Assembly: GCF_001194135.2 (NCBI RefSeq)
Contig: NC_068983.1
Coordinates: 124,037,742 to 124,101,741, forward strand
Reading direction: 5' to 3'
Length of the DNA: 64,000 nt
DNA from: Octopus bimaculoides
Lineage: Eukaryota
The notes beneath the pieces are model-generated. The model did not search any database and had not been told where the DNA came from. It was given only the letters and a program-made list of their open reading frames with translations. A program made the translations under genes and the position numbers. The first letter of the stretch is position 1; each line of letters begins with the position of its first letter. This document shows, in pieces, positions 1-12,194 of this stretch.

Positions 1-113
1 TCCTTCTTCCATTTTAATTTCATCATATTGAGAAATAACTGTTGACTGAGATGATCTGAAGACTGAATCAGAATCCATATCAGATCCTTTTATTTCAGTC
101 GAAATCTCCATAT
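1..113 (-). CDS. KMT2C: KMT2C-like exon 25 (partial): DMEISTEIKGSDMDSDSVFRSSQSTVISQYDEIKMEEG...
   Basis: Acceptor TTTATTTTAG at 115-114; phase 1 matches the exon 24 donor; open to the window edge. Confidence 0.75.
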
Positions 114-3100
114 CTAAAATAAATTAATTTAAAAAAACATCATTCTTAAATTAATCTTATATTAAGAAAAATTTTCTTAATTGGAGATGCTATGAAAATG
201 ATGCTATGAAAATGATGCTATGAAAATGATGCTATGAAAATGATGCTATGAAAATGAATCAAAACCTACTCCTATATACTAAAAAAACTCAGTAGCAGTG
301 GTACAAATAATGTCCTAACAAAAAAATAAGAAAGAATATATTTTTGCACTTCTGTACAGCTAACCTCTCGTTACTTATTACATCACTGTGTGTGTGAGTG
401 CAACATATTACATCACAGTGTGTGTGAGTGCGACATAATGAACACAATAATAAGACAGGCCATCATATAAACAAAGTGTATGTGTATGAGAGAAATACAG
501 AGCATAGAAGAGTCTATAAGTCCAAACACAAGGATGGAAAATATACCAGTTCGTATCCAAGGTACACAGTATTTGAAGTGCTGTATCAAAAAGTTGTAGC
601 GGCAAGGCAAAGCCAAAGTAGGACACATGTTGTGTTAGAGTTGAGGCTTCAATGCTGTGGCCGGTTACTTGGTACAGGAGTTCTCGCAGGTTGTATTCGC
701 TGTTAACTATGGTGAAGCATTTCACAAACAGCGTGGATAAAAGCTGTGCGATAGTTGCTGGTGGTGCATACATAGAGAAGTTGGAGTAGACGCTGGTGGT
801 GGCGACAAAGGAGTTTGCAGTAAGCTATTGAACAAAGTGTTGGATCTCCATGAAGTGGTGTCGTGTCGTCGCTGGAACTGGCTGTGTGTTCTGTGGTCAG
901 CAGCTAGACCTCAGAAAGTCTAAAGCCGACTGACAACTGGGACGATGTAACAGCTAGCTATTTATAAGATACCATCGGCTCAAACACGGGTTCAGAAAGA
1001 CTATCCCATGTGACCTTATCTGAAGGCTGCAATTGGTTGGGTTGCACCTTGGCACGAGATAGAACAAGAGACAAAAATATGCCAATACCAACCAATCAGA
1101 GTGATGGACACAACAGAGTCCAAAGATGCAGCCGAAGGCTAGCTGTTAACCACTACATCTGCACTCATGTATATATAGCAGACACAGAGAGAAGTACACT
1201 ACACATAGGGTTGTTGCAGGCTTTTTTCAATCTCCATCAATGTTGGTTTTAGGCAGGACTTTTTGCTACTTTAAGAATGTTGGTTGAGGTGATTTGCAAC
1301 CTTTGTCTCTCATTGCATGAGGGCCTTCCTATCCCTAGGAATCTTGTACTTTTCTGTGTTGGCCTTGTGTTTTGGGACGTATTTCTGAAATATGGTTTGC
1401 AGTTCGTTTCCTCTTTCTTCATTTCTTTTGTGTCTCCCTACCTTTTTCTTTTTCCTCCCATTCTCTTCCTGTTTTTGATTTGACCTCTCTCCTCTTTCTA
1501 ATCATACACATCTCTCCTCCTTCCGTCTATCCATTAATATTTCAAACACATTCCCAAATTTTATTCACACCAAAAAACCCCCTCAATTGAACGCCATTTA
1601 CAAGGCTCTATGCTTGGAATGACCAAATATAACTACAATAGGAACTCACACACAAGGTACGAGACACTTCATGACTTATATACACCATTCTACTTGAATA
1701 ATGGAACTGCAAATACAATGTCCCTATGTATCACACTTCTATTTTTCATTCTCTTACTTCCCTCTGTACTTCATATCTTCTCTACAATAATTAATACTCA
1801 AACATTTTCTCACACCGTCTGTAATGAAAGGATATATAAAATATCCCGGAAACAGCTGTAAGACCTTTTTCCATATAAATGTTCTGAAAACTATTTACAG
1901 CCTTGGATATTTTATTTCATTCTGTCAATTTATATATATATTTATACACACACACACACCACCCTTCACTAGACCTGTATATGAAAGCCTGTATTGTTCC
2001 ATCCTCATCATCCCACTTGTACCTTCTTCCTGCCCTCCCCATCCATCGCCCTATCCATTTCAAGCACCATCCTATCATTCATAACTCTAATTCTCAACCT
2101 GTGATGCTTGCTGAGTGCTATCCATGACTCCTTTCCTCTCCTCTCATTTTCTGTCATGCCTACACCCTCTCATCTCTCCTTTTCTGGCCTACCTCCCATG
2201 ACCTCCTCATCTCGCTTCACTGACACTTTCTGAATGATTACACTTGGGTCTATATTTTTTCGCTTTCATGTTCCCCTTCCCTTCACACCTCTTGCTCATA
2301 CTTGCCTTTGTCATATGAATTTGTCCACCCTTTGTCACTAAACACTGACACTAATCTCTGCCCTTTTCCCTTCCAAACTCCCCTCCCAATAGTGTCTACT
2401 CGATTACTTATAATATTAACACACTATCACAACTATAAACACTTTACCTTTTCTCATCACCTTGTTGAAAATCAGCTCATCTCTCACCCCATCATTTTTC
2501 TTCAGTTACAAAGGACTCCATTAGGCTTTTCCATCTGCAAGTTGCAAAGCAACTTCACGGGTACAAGTGCCATGAATATTGCACCCAGTACACCGTGTTT
2601 GGTTTCAGGAAATGCATCCAATTGTAGAAACCATACCAAAATAGGCATTTGTGCACATGTACTTCAACTTTTCCTCTAGTTAGTCAATTTTAACATTTAC
2701 ATTCATTGTGTGTGAACATCCATTAATTGGCACTTAATTCAGCTAAAAATGTTTTACAATTAGAATGCAACAACTCATTATATTACCAACACAATACTGA
2801 ATTTCTACAAAGCAAGCCAAATTTTCTTTCAATTGCACATAATCAGTTATGTTTCTTAAGTTGTAATATTCATTCCAGATCACTGTTTGAAACCTTTTCT
2901 ATCAGATTTCAACTTAATTCAATGATTCACTGAATACACATTAGATAACTATTTTGTAACTGTGCAGTTGTTGTTGCTGATGGATGTGATGGCAGTAGTT
3001 GTACAACATCAGCACGGATGATGATAATGATATTCCTCCTAAACTACAAAAAGCAAAAAGTAAATAACACAATTTTATTAGCAGCTCCAAAATGTGAATG

Positions 3101-3823
3101 CGTTAAATAAATTTCAAATACCTTTTTCGCATGTATCTTCATTCTCAAGAGATGAGTCTGATTTCTGCCCTAGAGCTAATAAACGAGCAACACTTGGATG
3201 TTTTATCTGAGGGTCAGTCTTCTTAGGTCGGGATCGTTGTTTCTTTTTCATCGCCATGCTAGCAGTTATATTTTGAATATGTTGCAATCCCAATGCTGAT
3301 AATGTTACACCTTCATAAATATATTGCCTTGGCAATTCTGTAAATACATTCAAATTCATTACAGGACTTCACATTTATACAATCATTAAATATAATTTCA
3401 ACCAAATTAATGTTTTTTTATTTTTCCCCAAGTGAAAAATCTTATGTTTCTCATTCACATTTTAAAACATTTCTTCAAAGTCTTATTACAATAACATGTT
3501 TTTAAGAAATGGAAGCTAAACTCATTTTGTTTTGCATTTCATTATCTGACATCAAAACAAGTTGATATAAGATAATACAAACCATGAACATTAAAATAAG
3601 TGGATGCTCTAAGTTATATAACAGAAACATAAACACTAGTTTTGTAAACATTCTCAGTAATCTTAATAAAATAAGCATCTTGCAAATAGCTGTCTCTACA
3701 CTCATACACAAAAGTAGTAATAGTTGCAGCAGCTGCAAATGGAAGAGTTACTAAGTCATAATCAAGCAGTCTTCAAAGCAAACAATATAATAATTTCATA
3801 ATGTGTGTGTGTGTTTGTGTGTA

Positions 3824-3911
<88 letters not shown>

Positions 3912-6900
3912 CAAGCAAAGCATCCGAACTAATATGGTCTACCTTTCTAAATAACAAATATCCAAAGAATTTACATGGTCATACTAATAGTCAATGTTTT
4001 AAATTTTTCAAAAAAAATAATTCACATGTCATTTAAATTACAGAATAATTTTCAACATCCATTTATATTCAAAATGTTCTACATGAATATTCAATAAATG
4101 AAATGAGATATCATGTAATTTTGATAAGTTTTGTACATACATAATGCTGAATATACATTAGTCAATATATGTAACACAGTTAAACAGGCATGTTAAGAAT
4201 CTTTCTGGAAGCTATCTTGCCTTGAAGCTAGTGTGTGTGTGTCCATATGAATACACATATATCCCAAGTTGCATGTTTTTATCTTTAGCACTGTGTGTAC
4301 ATGTGCTGGTATGCCTGTATACATGTATATAGGCATACCAGAAGCAAGTGGTATGTGTATATGTGATGTGAATGTGTGTGCATGAATGTACTCCCAAGTA
4401 TATGCACTTAGTACCAGGATTGAGTTTATGTGTTTGCATATATAGCTTGTGTATGCACAATGTGTGTATACACATGTAGTGAGCAACATTGAATCTTTAT
4501 GCATAGGTGTGTTTTTATGCATATATATAACCATCTTGAACCTACAGATTCATGAGGTCAATGCTTATTTGTATTTTCAAATTTAGGCTGAGAATATAAA
4601 ATTCTTTGTTGAATGGGATGCCAGTATGTTGCAAAATTAGCAACTAAATTAGTTGTAAAAAGCTAAATTTTAAAGGTCAGTTTTGTATAGCATAAATGTC
4701 AGTAGTTCACAAAGATACTTTTGTTCATGTGTATCAGAATCTGAACATTTAAGTGTATCATATTAAATTATAAAATAATTGTATAGTTCTAAATTACATA
4801 ATTTGATTTTAAAGCAAATTGATGTCCTTGGAATCATATTTCAGAAATTTTTTTAACCTTTTTGTTACCATATTTCTGTTCTAATACACTATTTAAATTA
4901 ATTTTGAAATTATTTAATTTTCAAAAATAATGACAAATTTAAGAAAATAACTTTAGGCTAGTGAACATAAGTTAACATGGAATTTTGATGGACTTTAATG
5001 TAGAGCACTTTTAAGTATGAAGTTTGTATCAGAGAACCAGAGGCAGTCACATGCAAGTTGGTATTAGAGGGGTTAAACTTGAACACCCTCTGAGTATCTT
5101 TTCACTGAAGGAAAAAAGAAAATCAGCATTATACAAATGAAAGTTTTTAGTGTTTCATACCTGGAATAGGTTGGGGCCATTTTTTAGGTTCAACCTTTTT
5201 TTCTTCAACTTCCTTAGGTATAACAACTGGTGAGGGACATCTGACTTTTTCCTCTTCTGGCTCAGGAGGTGGTGGTGGAGNNNNNNNNNNNNNNNNNNNN
5301 NNNNNNNNNNNNNNNNNNNNNNNNNNNNNNNNNNNNNNNNNNNNNNNNNNNNNNNNNNNNNNNNNNNNNNNNNNNNNNNNNNNNNNNNNNNNNNNNNNNN
5401 NNNNNNNNNNNNNNNNNNNNNNNNNNNNNNNNNNNNNNNNNNNNNNNNNNNNNGGTGGAGGTGGTGGTGGTGGCGGCGGTGGTGGTGGAGTAGGGGGTAC
5501 TGAAAAAAAAGTTTACATCATAAAAAAGAAAATTTTCTTAACTCACTCAACTTATGAAATATTAACCCCTTGCAGACAGATTTAGTACCGACAATCTTTG
5601 CTGTGTACCAGTATTAGGCTGTTTACTAACTACACAATTTTTCATACAAGGAATTTTACAGTGTATTTACAGATTCTTCTCAGCGTGGTATATTTGGAAA
5701 CACGGTGCTGCACAGAGTGAGACATCACACTGCTCACACACCAAATGTTTTGATGCGGTCAGTACCACTTCCTCTCTGCAAGGGGTTAATTTTGTCAAAA
5801 CAAAAACAAAAAAATAAAAGATTTTTAATTAGTACTTAAAAATTGATGAAATATTTTATTTACACTAGCCAGACTCCTAATTAAGGTTATGCCTTATTTC
5901 TTTGCGTACTCTTTACAAAACCAAAAACTGCATATTAAAGATGATTCTTTTGATAATACCTTCAAAGCTGTTAATTCAATATGAAGTGCATATATCTCAT
6001 TATTGAAGTTCATACTTCTGGAACAATAAAGACCCTGTATGTGTATCATTAGTCAAAGTAAAATGGCTTTCCAGCTGATAGGTAAGCCTTCATTCATATA
6101 CACTTTGACAGCTTTAATCTACCATTCAGCTATAGTTTCCTTGCAATACTTCTAGTTTCTTCAATGGTATCTGCTTACTCTAACTTCAAGATTGTATACA
6201 CTCTGCACTTAAATGCCTTTGGTGTACCTCTCTCTATTGCTACCATCTCTGCAGAATATCCCACTCTCTATATCCATATAAAGCATTCCCTCTGCCTCAA
6301 TCTGAATGGTTAAATCAAACAACTAACAAGTATCATTTCAAGATAAATATTGGTTTCAAATTTTGGCACAAGGCCAGCAAATTTGGAGTGGGATTTGGGA
6401 GTCCATTGCATTGACCCCAGTGCTCAAGAGGTACTTACTTTATTGACCCCAAAAGGATGAAAGGCAAAGTCAACCACAACAGAATTTGAACTCAGAATGT
6501 AAAAACATGATATTCTGCTAAGCATTTTGCCCAGATTGCTAACAATTCTGTCAGCTCACTGCCTTACTTCAAGATAAATATTGACAATTTAATCTCATCT
6601 ACAAAGAGTAAAAAGATTACAGACATACACATTCCTCTTCTGAATAACAAAATAAATTTATATATTTAAACTTACAAGGTCCTGGTTGTCCAGTCTTAGG
6701 ACGACAGAATAAACAGTGATAGCCAGCATCAGCTGCTCGTTCTGCTTCATCCTCATTCTTTAGGCCATCACAACTAGCATGGAGCCATCTAAAATATATC
6801 AGATTTTGATAATATACATTTACTGTATCTGCACAAGAGAATAATCACAATAATGAAATCAGTTGGATTTAATTAGTTTTTCCTACTTGTGATTTCTACA

Positions 6901-9900
6901 TATCAGATAAGAAAACTGGTTTGATCACTTCTTCCCTGAAATGGCAATTTGAATCATTCACATTACCCATTTCTTCTCACCTTAAGTTGGGGGTCAATTA
7001 CAAAAATTTCAGCAATGTCAGTTAACATCCAAACTTCAAAACAAAACCATTAATGCCAAAATTAGTGAATATGTCATCAATGGAACATTTGGAATGTTTC
7101 AATTTGCATATACATTTTCTTCTAATCCTGTCTTATTTTTACCTCATAGTTTTGGGGAGCTAACATATTCTGTCTCTTTAAGCCTAATGGTGATCTATGC
7201 CTCAAAGCAGCCAGATGTACTTTTATACATGCTGTGTTAATAGCAAATTTGTCATTTGTCTCCAACTGTCTTAATTCAGAATTCACATTCATTCAGCTTG
7301 ATGTACTAACAAAGTGTGTGAAGTGACCATTACAACTTTAAGACATTCATGAGTTCTCAATTATGATTCCTTCAGGTAGATTTCAAACTACAGCAAAAAT
7401 TAGCAGCTTTTAATTCAAATTCAGAGATGTCATCCTCCACTCATCAAAAGGCCCTTGTTCATTTGTCTCTTGTGATCACTGAATGCTTTCTTCTACAGGA
7501 GATCAGCAAAGCAACCCAATTGGTTCCACAGTATTCACACTGGATATTGTTGATATCACAAGGCCAGACATACACCTGAATATCTGGTGCCTTGATGATG
7601 CAGACTTAGGGGTCTCCTAGATGGAGTTCTTGCAATGATGAAATTGATGGTTGAGGAACTACACAATAAGGATTTTGAATTGGGTAATGTTAAATAGGAA
7701 TTCTGAATGCCTTCATTTTCACATCAAGATACAGTAGATCTTATTTACTGAATCTTTCCCTTTCAACTGCTAATCCATGGCAATTCCAATTTTCAATCAT
7801 ATCTTCCAACACACATTTCTCTCTCTCTGATTCAAAGCCTCAAATAACTACATATAAACTGTGATTTAATTCAAACTTATCAATGATTTTTCATTTCAAA
7901 ATTATTTTATCAATTTCAAAGATAATGTATATTCCTAGGTACAGTCCCTCAGATGTTTACAAACTCTGCAACTTCTGAAGACTTAACTTGTGAGAAACTT
8001 GAAAGTTTGGCCAAAATAGGATTTTCTTTGGAACCCTTCTACTCAGCTGCATTACCCACAAGTGATTCAGAGATCTAGGTTTACACAAATGCAGTTTTTT
8101 TCTCCTGACTGCTGTTTCCCTTCTCCTGGCCACACTTGTTCTTTGGTGGGGCAATACCACCTCAACTGGACATAAGTTTGACAGGGAGGAAGATAAGCTA
8201 TATAACTGACAGGACCCTAGTTTGTCAGCCCCAAGGCAGTTTGCTTGACCAGGATGAACTCTACAAAGTTCTCCAGAATCAGAATCAACGTTTGTGAAGT
8301 AGTGAGATGCTTGTGTTCCTGATGAACCTCCTAGACTGTTATACTAACTGAATGCTAGTTGCTTCACTCAACATTTAAGATACATTCAAGTGAGCCTTAG
8401 CAAAAAATATCAATAGCTAGTTTTGAAACTGTAGTAACGCCGTGCGCATGCGTAGTCTCACGCATGCGTAGAATTAAACAACCAAGCGTTCCCGCTCAAT
8501 TCATTCTCTTTCTTGCTGGCCAGCATAGAGCAATGGACGTGTCAAGAGTGTCTCTAACATTCGAACTCTGGAGACAGCCTCTTTACGTGTTAAGCTGTCT
8601 CTCTACATCTTTCGGACTTACGCTCGACAGCGCGCTCACACCTACATAACAACGTCCCAACAACAGAAGCTGTAACAACAAGAACTAAAGATGTATATAT
8701 TTACCACCTGAATAAATGTTGTTTAAGTTGATAGTCTGGAGTTCAGCGTTCCGTTATATTCCTTAATATTATAGTAGGAAAGTCAGGTATACAATCTAAA
8801 GATGTATAACCCACTTTTACTATAAAACTTAAGGATTATTCAAGGATGATAAAAAGAAGCCTAAGAGGCTTACCAGTTGTCTCTCAAGGGAGATACCCTA
8901 TATGAAACACTAGTGATTCTTTCATTCCCTTACATAGTCTAAACAGTGTGATAAGGTAAGGGCTACTGCATCCATGGATAAAGAGTAAATTGCTGATGTA
9001 TCACTAATTGTACATTTTTCTATCCAAAATATTTGAGATGTTTAGATGAGCTGGTCATTAACCACAAAATTCTTTACTTCTTTGATAACTCATTTAACGG
9101 AAATGTTAAGAGACCTCTGAGAGTGCATGGCTGTTCTTGTATCTCAACTTCAGATACAAGAACAGCCATGGAATGATGAGTTGATGAAATTCCACAAATC
9201 TTATTGTTTTTTTTTTCTTTGTTCTTTATCTTACATAAGGCAAACTCAAGTTCATTTCTAAAAAATCTAATTGAAAAATGAAAGAATTGAATAACAAAAG
9301 TTTATTTTATCTAATTATATCTCTTCAAATTTGTATACATTCAATGAATTCCCTGCAATATCAATGACACTGTCTTGACCATTCAATCCAGACATGTCAG
9401 ATACAATAAAATTAGATATAAGCTAAAAGATGTACAAAAGAATATTCCAAGATAAATGAATTTTGCAATATTTAAAAGTGAAGATGCATCTATAGAATTA
9501 TCGATCAATAATGAATTAACAATTTCTAAATTAATTTTAAAATGTCACAGAACTTACCTATCACACTGTACACACTGTATGACTACTTCTTCTTCTTTAT
9601 AGGCTTTATAACAACAACAACAAGTTGTCCTGCTGGAACACGGTCCACATAAAGTGTAATTATTTTGCCACTGGGACAAAAATCCAGGTGATGTAGCACC
9701 ACAGTTAACACACCATACACACCTATAACAGAATTTTCCACAATTAAAAACTGTTCAATCCAACAATTAAAAATGTAAGGCTTCATTTAAAAAAACATTT
9801 AATAATCTAACTTTTTTTTTAATGTCAAAATAGCATGAAAACTATATTTTTAATTAAACATACCATTTACACTTCCATGGTCCTTTAGGTACTTGATCCA

Positions 9901-12138
9901 ATGGTGGATCAAGGCAATATATATGATAGCTAATATCACATTCATCGCATAACAGTAAGCGGCCTTCATCATGAGGTTTACCACAGCCTTCACACACAGT
10001 ACAATCCAGGCAACGCCATCCCTTCTGAAGAACAACTTTGGTAACCTAAAATTTAAGTAAGTAGATTTAGTTTTGTTAGATAAAACAGCAAAAAAACATG
10101 AAATTAAAACATGAACAAACATTTTTACAAGAGAGTGGGGGTCTTGCTGTTACTCTTCAAATAGGAATATTTTTGTTTGCGACTTTTCCAAGTTTTTGGT
10201 TCTGGATTCAAGTCATTTTGTGAATGGAACATTTTTGGGTCTATCCTTTTCTCTTGATTACGGAATAAAGATTTCTTTCTAGTCTTGTGATCATCATCAT
10301 TTAACATCAGTTCTCCATACTAGCATGGGTTGGACAGTTTGACAGGAATCGGCCAGCTGGAGAGATGCCAGAGCTCCATTTGTCTGTTTTGGTATGGTTT
10401 CTACGGCCGGATGCCCTTCCTGACACCAGCCACTTTACCGAGGGTACTAGGCACTTCAAACATGGCATCAACATGGGTGCTTTTAAGTGGCATGAGCGTG
10501 GGTGCTTTTATGTGGAACCAGCATCTCTAAGCCCACAAGACTGGAATCTCTTGGCTGAGAGAGGGATGTAGAGGACATGCCTGTATGCATGGACAGCCAC
10601 AATTTTACTTAGCTTAATGAGTCTTCTCAAGCACAGCAAACTACCAGACGTCTTGGTCCCTTGTCATCTCCTGTCAGGTCTGACATCTGAAGATCCTTTC
10701 TACCTATGTGTACTACATCTTCCTGGGCTTATCCTTCCACACACTCCCTCCACCATTAGAAATTTGCACTTTTTGATGCAGCTGTCCTCATCCATACACC
10801 TCACATGACAATACTAATGTGCTCTTCTCTCTCACACACTATATTTATACCAATTTTTTCTCTAAAATCACTTACACTCTATCATACATACACACTCACA
10901 TTACCCATCCAGCAAAACATGCTAGCTTTGTTTCTTTCAAGCCTCATGTCCTCAGTAGTCACAACCCATGTCTCACTGCCATGTAGCATAGCTTTCATAC
11001 ACAGGCAGCATACAATCTGCCTTTCACTCTGAGGGAGAGGCACTTTGTCAGTAAAAGTAGTAGTAGTAATTCTTTAAACTTTGCCCAGCCCATTTGTATT
11101 TTAGCAGCTACACTTTCAGAACTATATCCTAAGTAACAGAAACCATCTACTACTTCTAAGGATCCATCCTCACCCGACATTTGAGGAAGTCTATTTCCTG
11201 TACATTCCTCATGTTGCATGTACTTGCATGTCTTCTACATACAAAGACTACTTTCTCTGTTAACCCAAATGTGATACAGCTGCACCTCTTATGTGTCCAT
11301 AGACTGCACTGGATACACCATATGGAGTTTCTACAAACACTTTTTCTATATACTGAGTAGGGCCATCTCCCTGAAGGGATCAGTGATTTGTCTGTTTTTC
11401 TACTTACAAGGATTTTGGTCTTTGCTAAATTAACTCCAAGGCCCTCTGATTCCAGACCTTGCTTTCACACCTGAAATTTCTTCTCTAGTTCTGGTAGTTA
11501 TTCAGCAATAAGAACAAGGTCATCAGCATACAGGTGCTCCCAAGGGCAGACGCTCTTAAATTCCTTTATTATGGCCTGAAGAACTATGATAAACAAGAGC
11601 TGAAATCTGATTCTTGATGATGAACTACCTGTGCACTAAATTTCTTGCTATATTCATAGCTGACTTTCACCTTATTGACATAGTGTGTACAGCTCTCACC
11701 AACCACTCATCTATACCTAGCTTCCACATTACCCACTAGATACGGGGGTGGGAGACCCTGTCACAACTTTCTCCTGTCAACAAAAGCCAAATGCAGTGGT
11801 TTATTTTTGGTTAAGTACTTCTCTTGCAGTTGCTTTACTAAGAAGATAGCATCAGTAGTGCTTCTTGGCACAAAACCAAACTGCCTCTCGTCTTGACTAA
11901 CTCTCCTCATTAATTCAGCTTTGACTTTTTTTGTAACTTTCATCACCTCATTTATTTTTTTTAATACAGTTTTTCTTTTTAAATTCAACACAAAGCATGC
12001 CAGTATGAAATTAGTTAGCATAAAAATTACTCATGCCTAGCCAGTTCTTAAAAATTTGATACAATTTCAAAGTAATTCAATAATCTTTCTAACAATTCTT
12101 TTGGTCACCAGTTTACTTATCTGGTATCTTTGCTCTAT

Positions 12139-12194
<56 letters not shown>

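Noticed and set aside
3803-4036. ER-repeat ORF
   Set aside because: Translation of the (AG)n microsatellite.
9583-10122. ORF-track calls 9583-9786 and 9850-10122
   Set aside because: Wrong-frame readings of real PHD exons 20 and 21.
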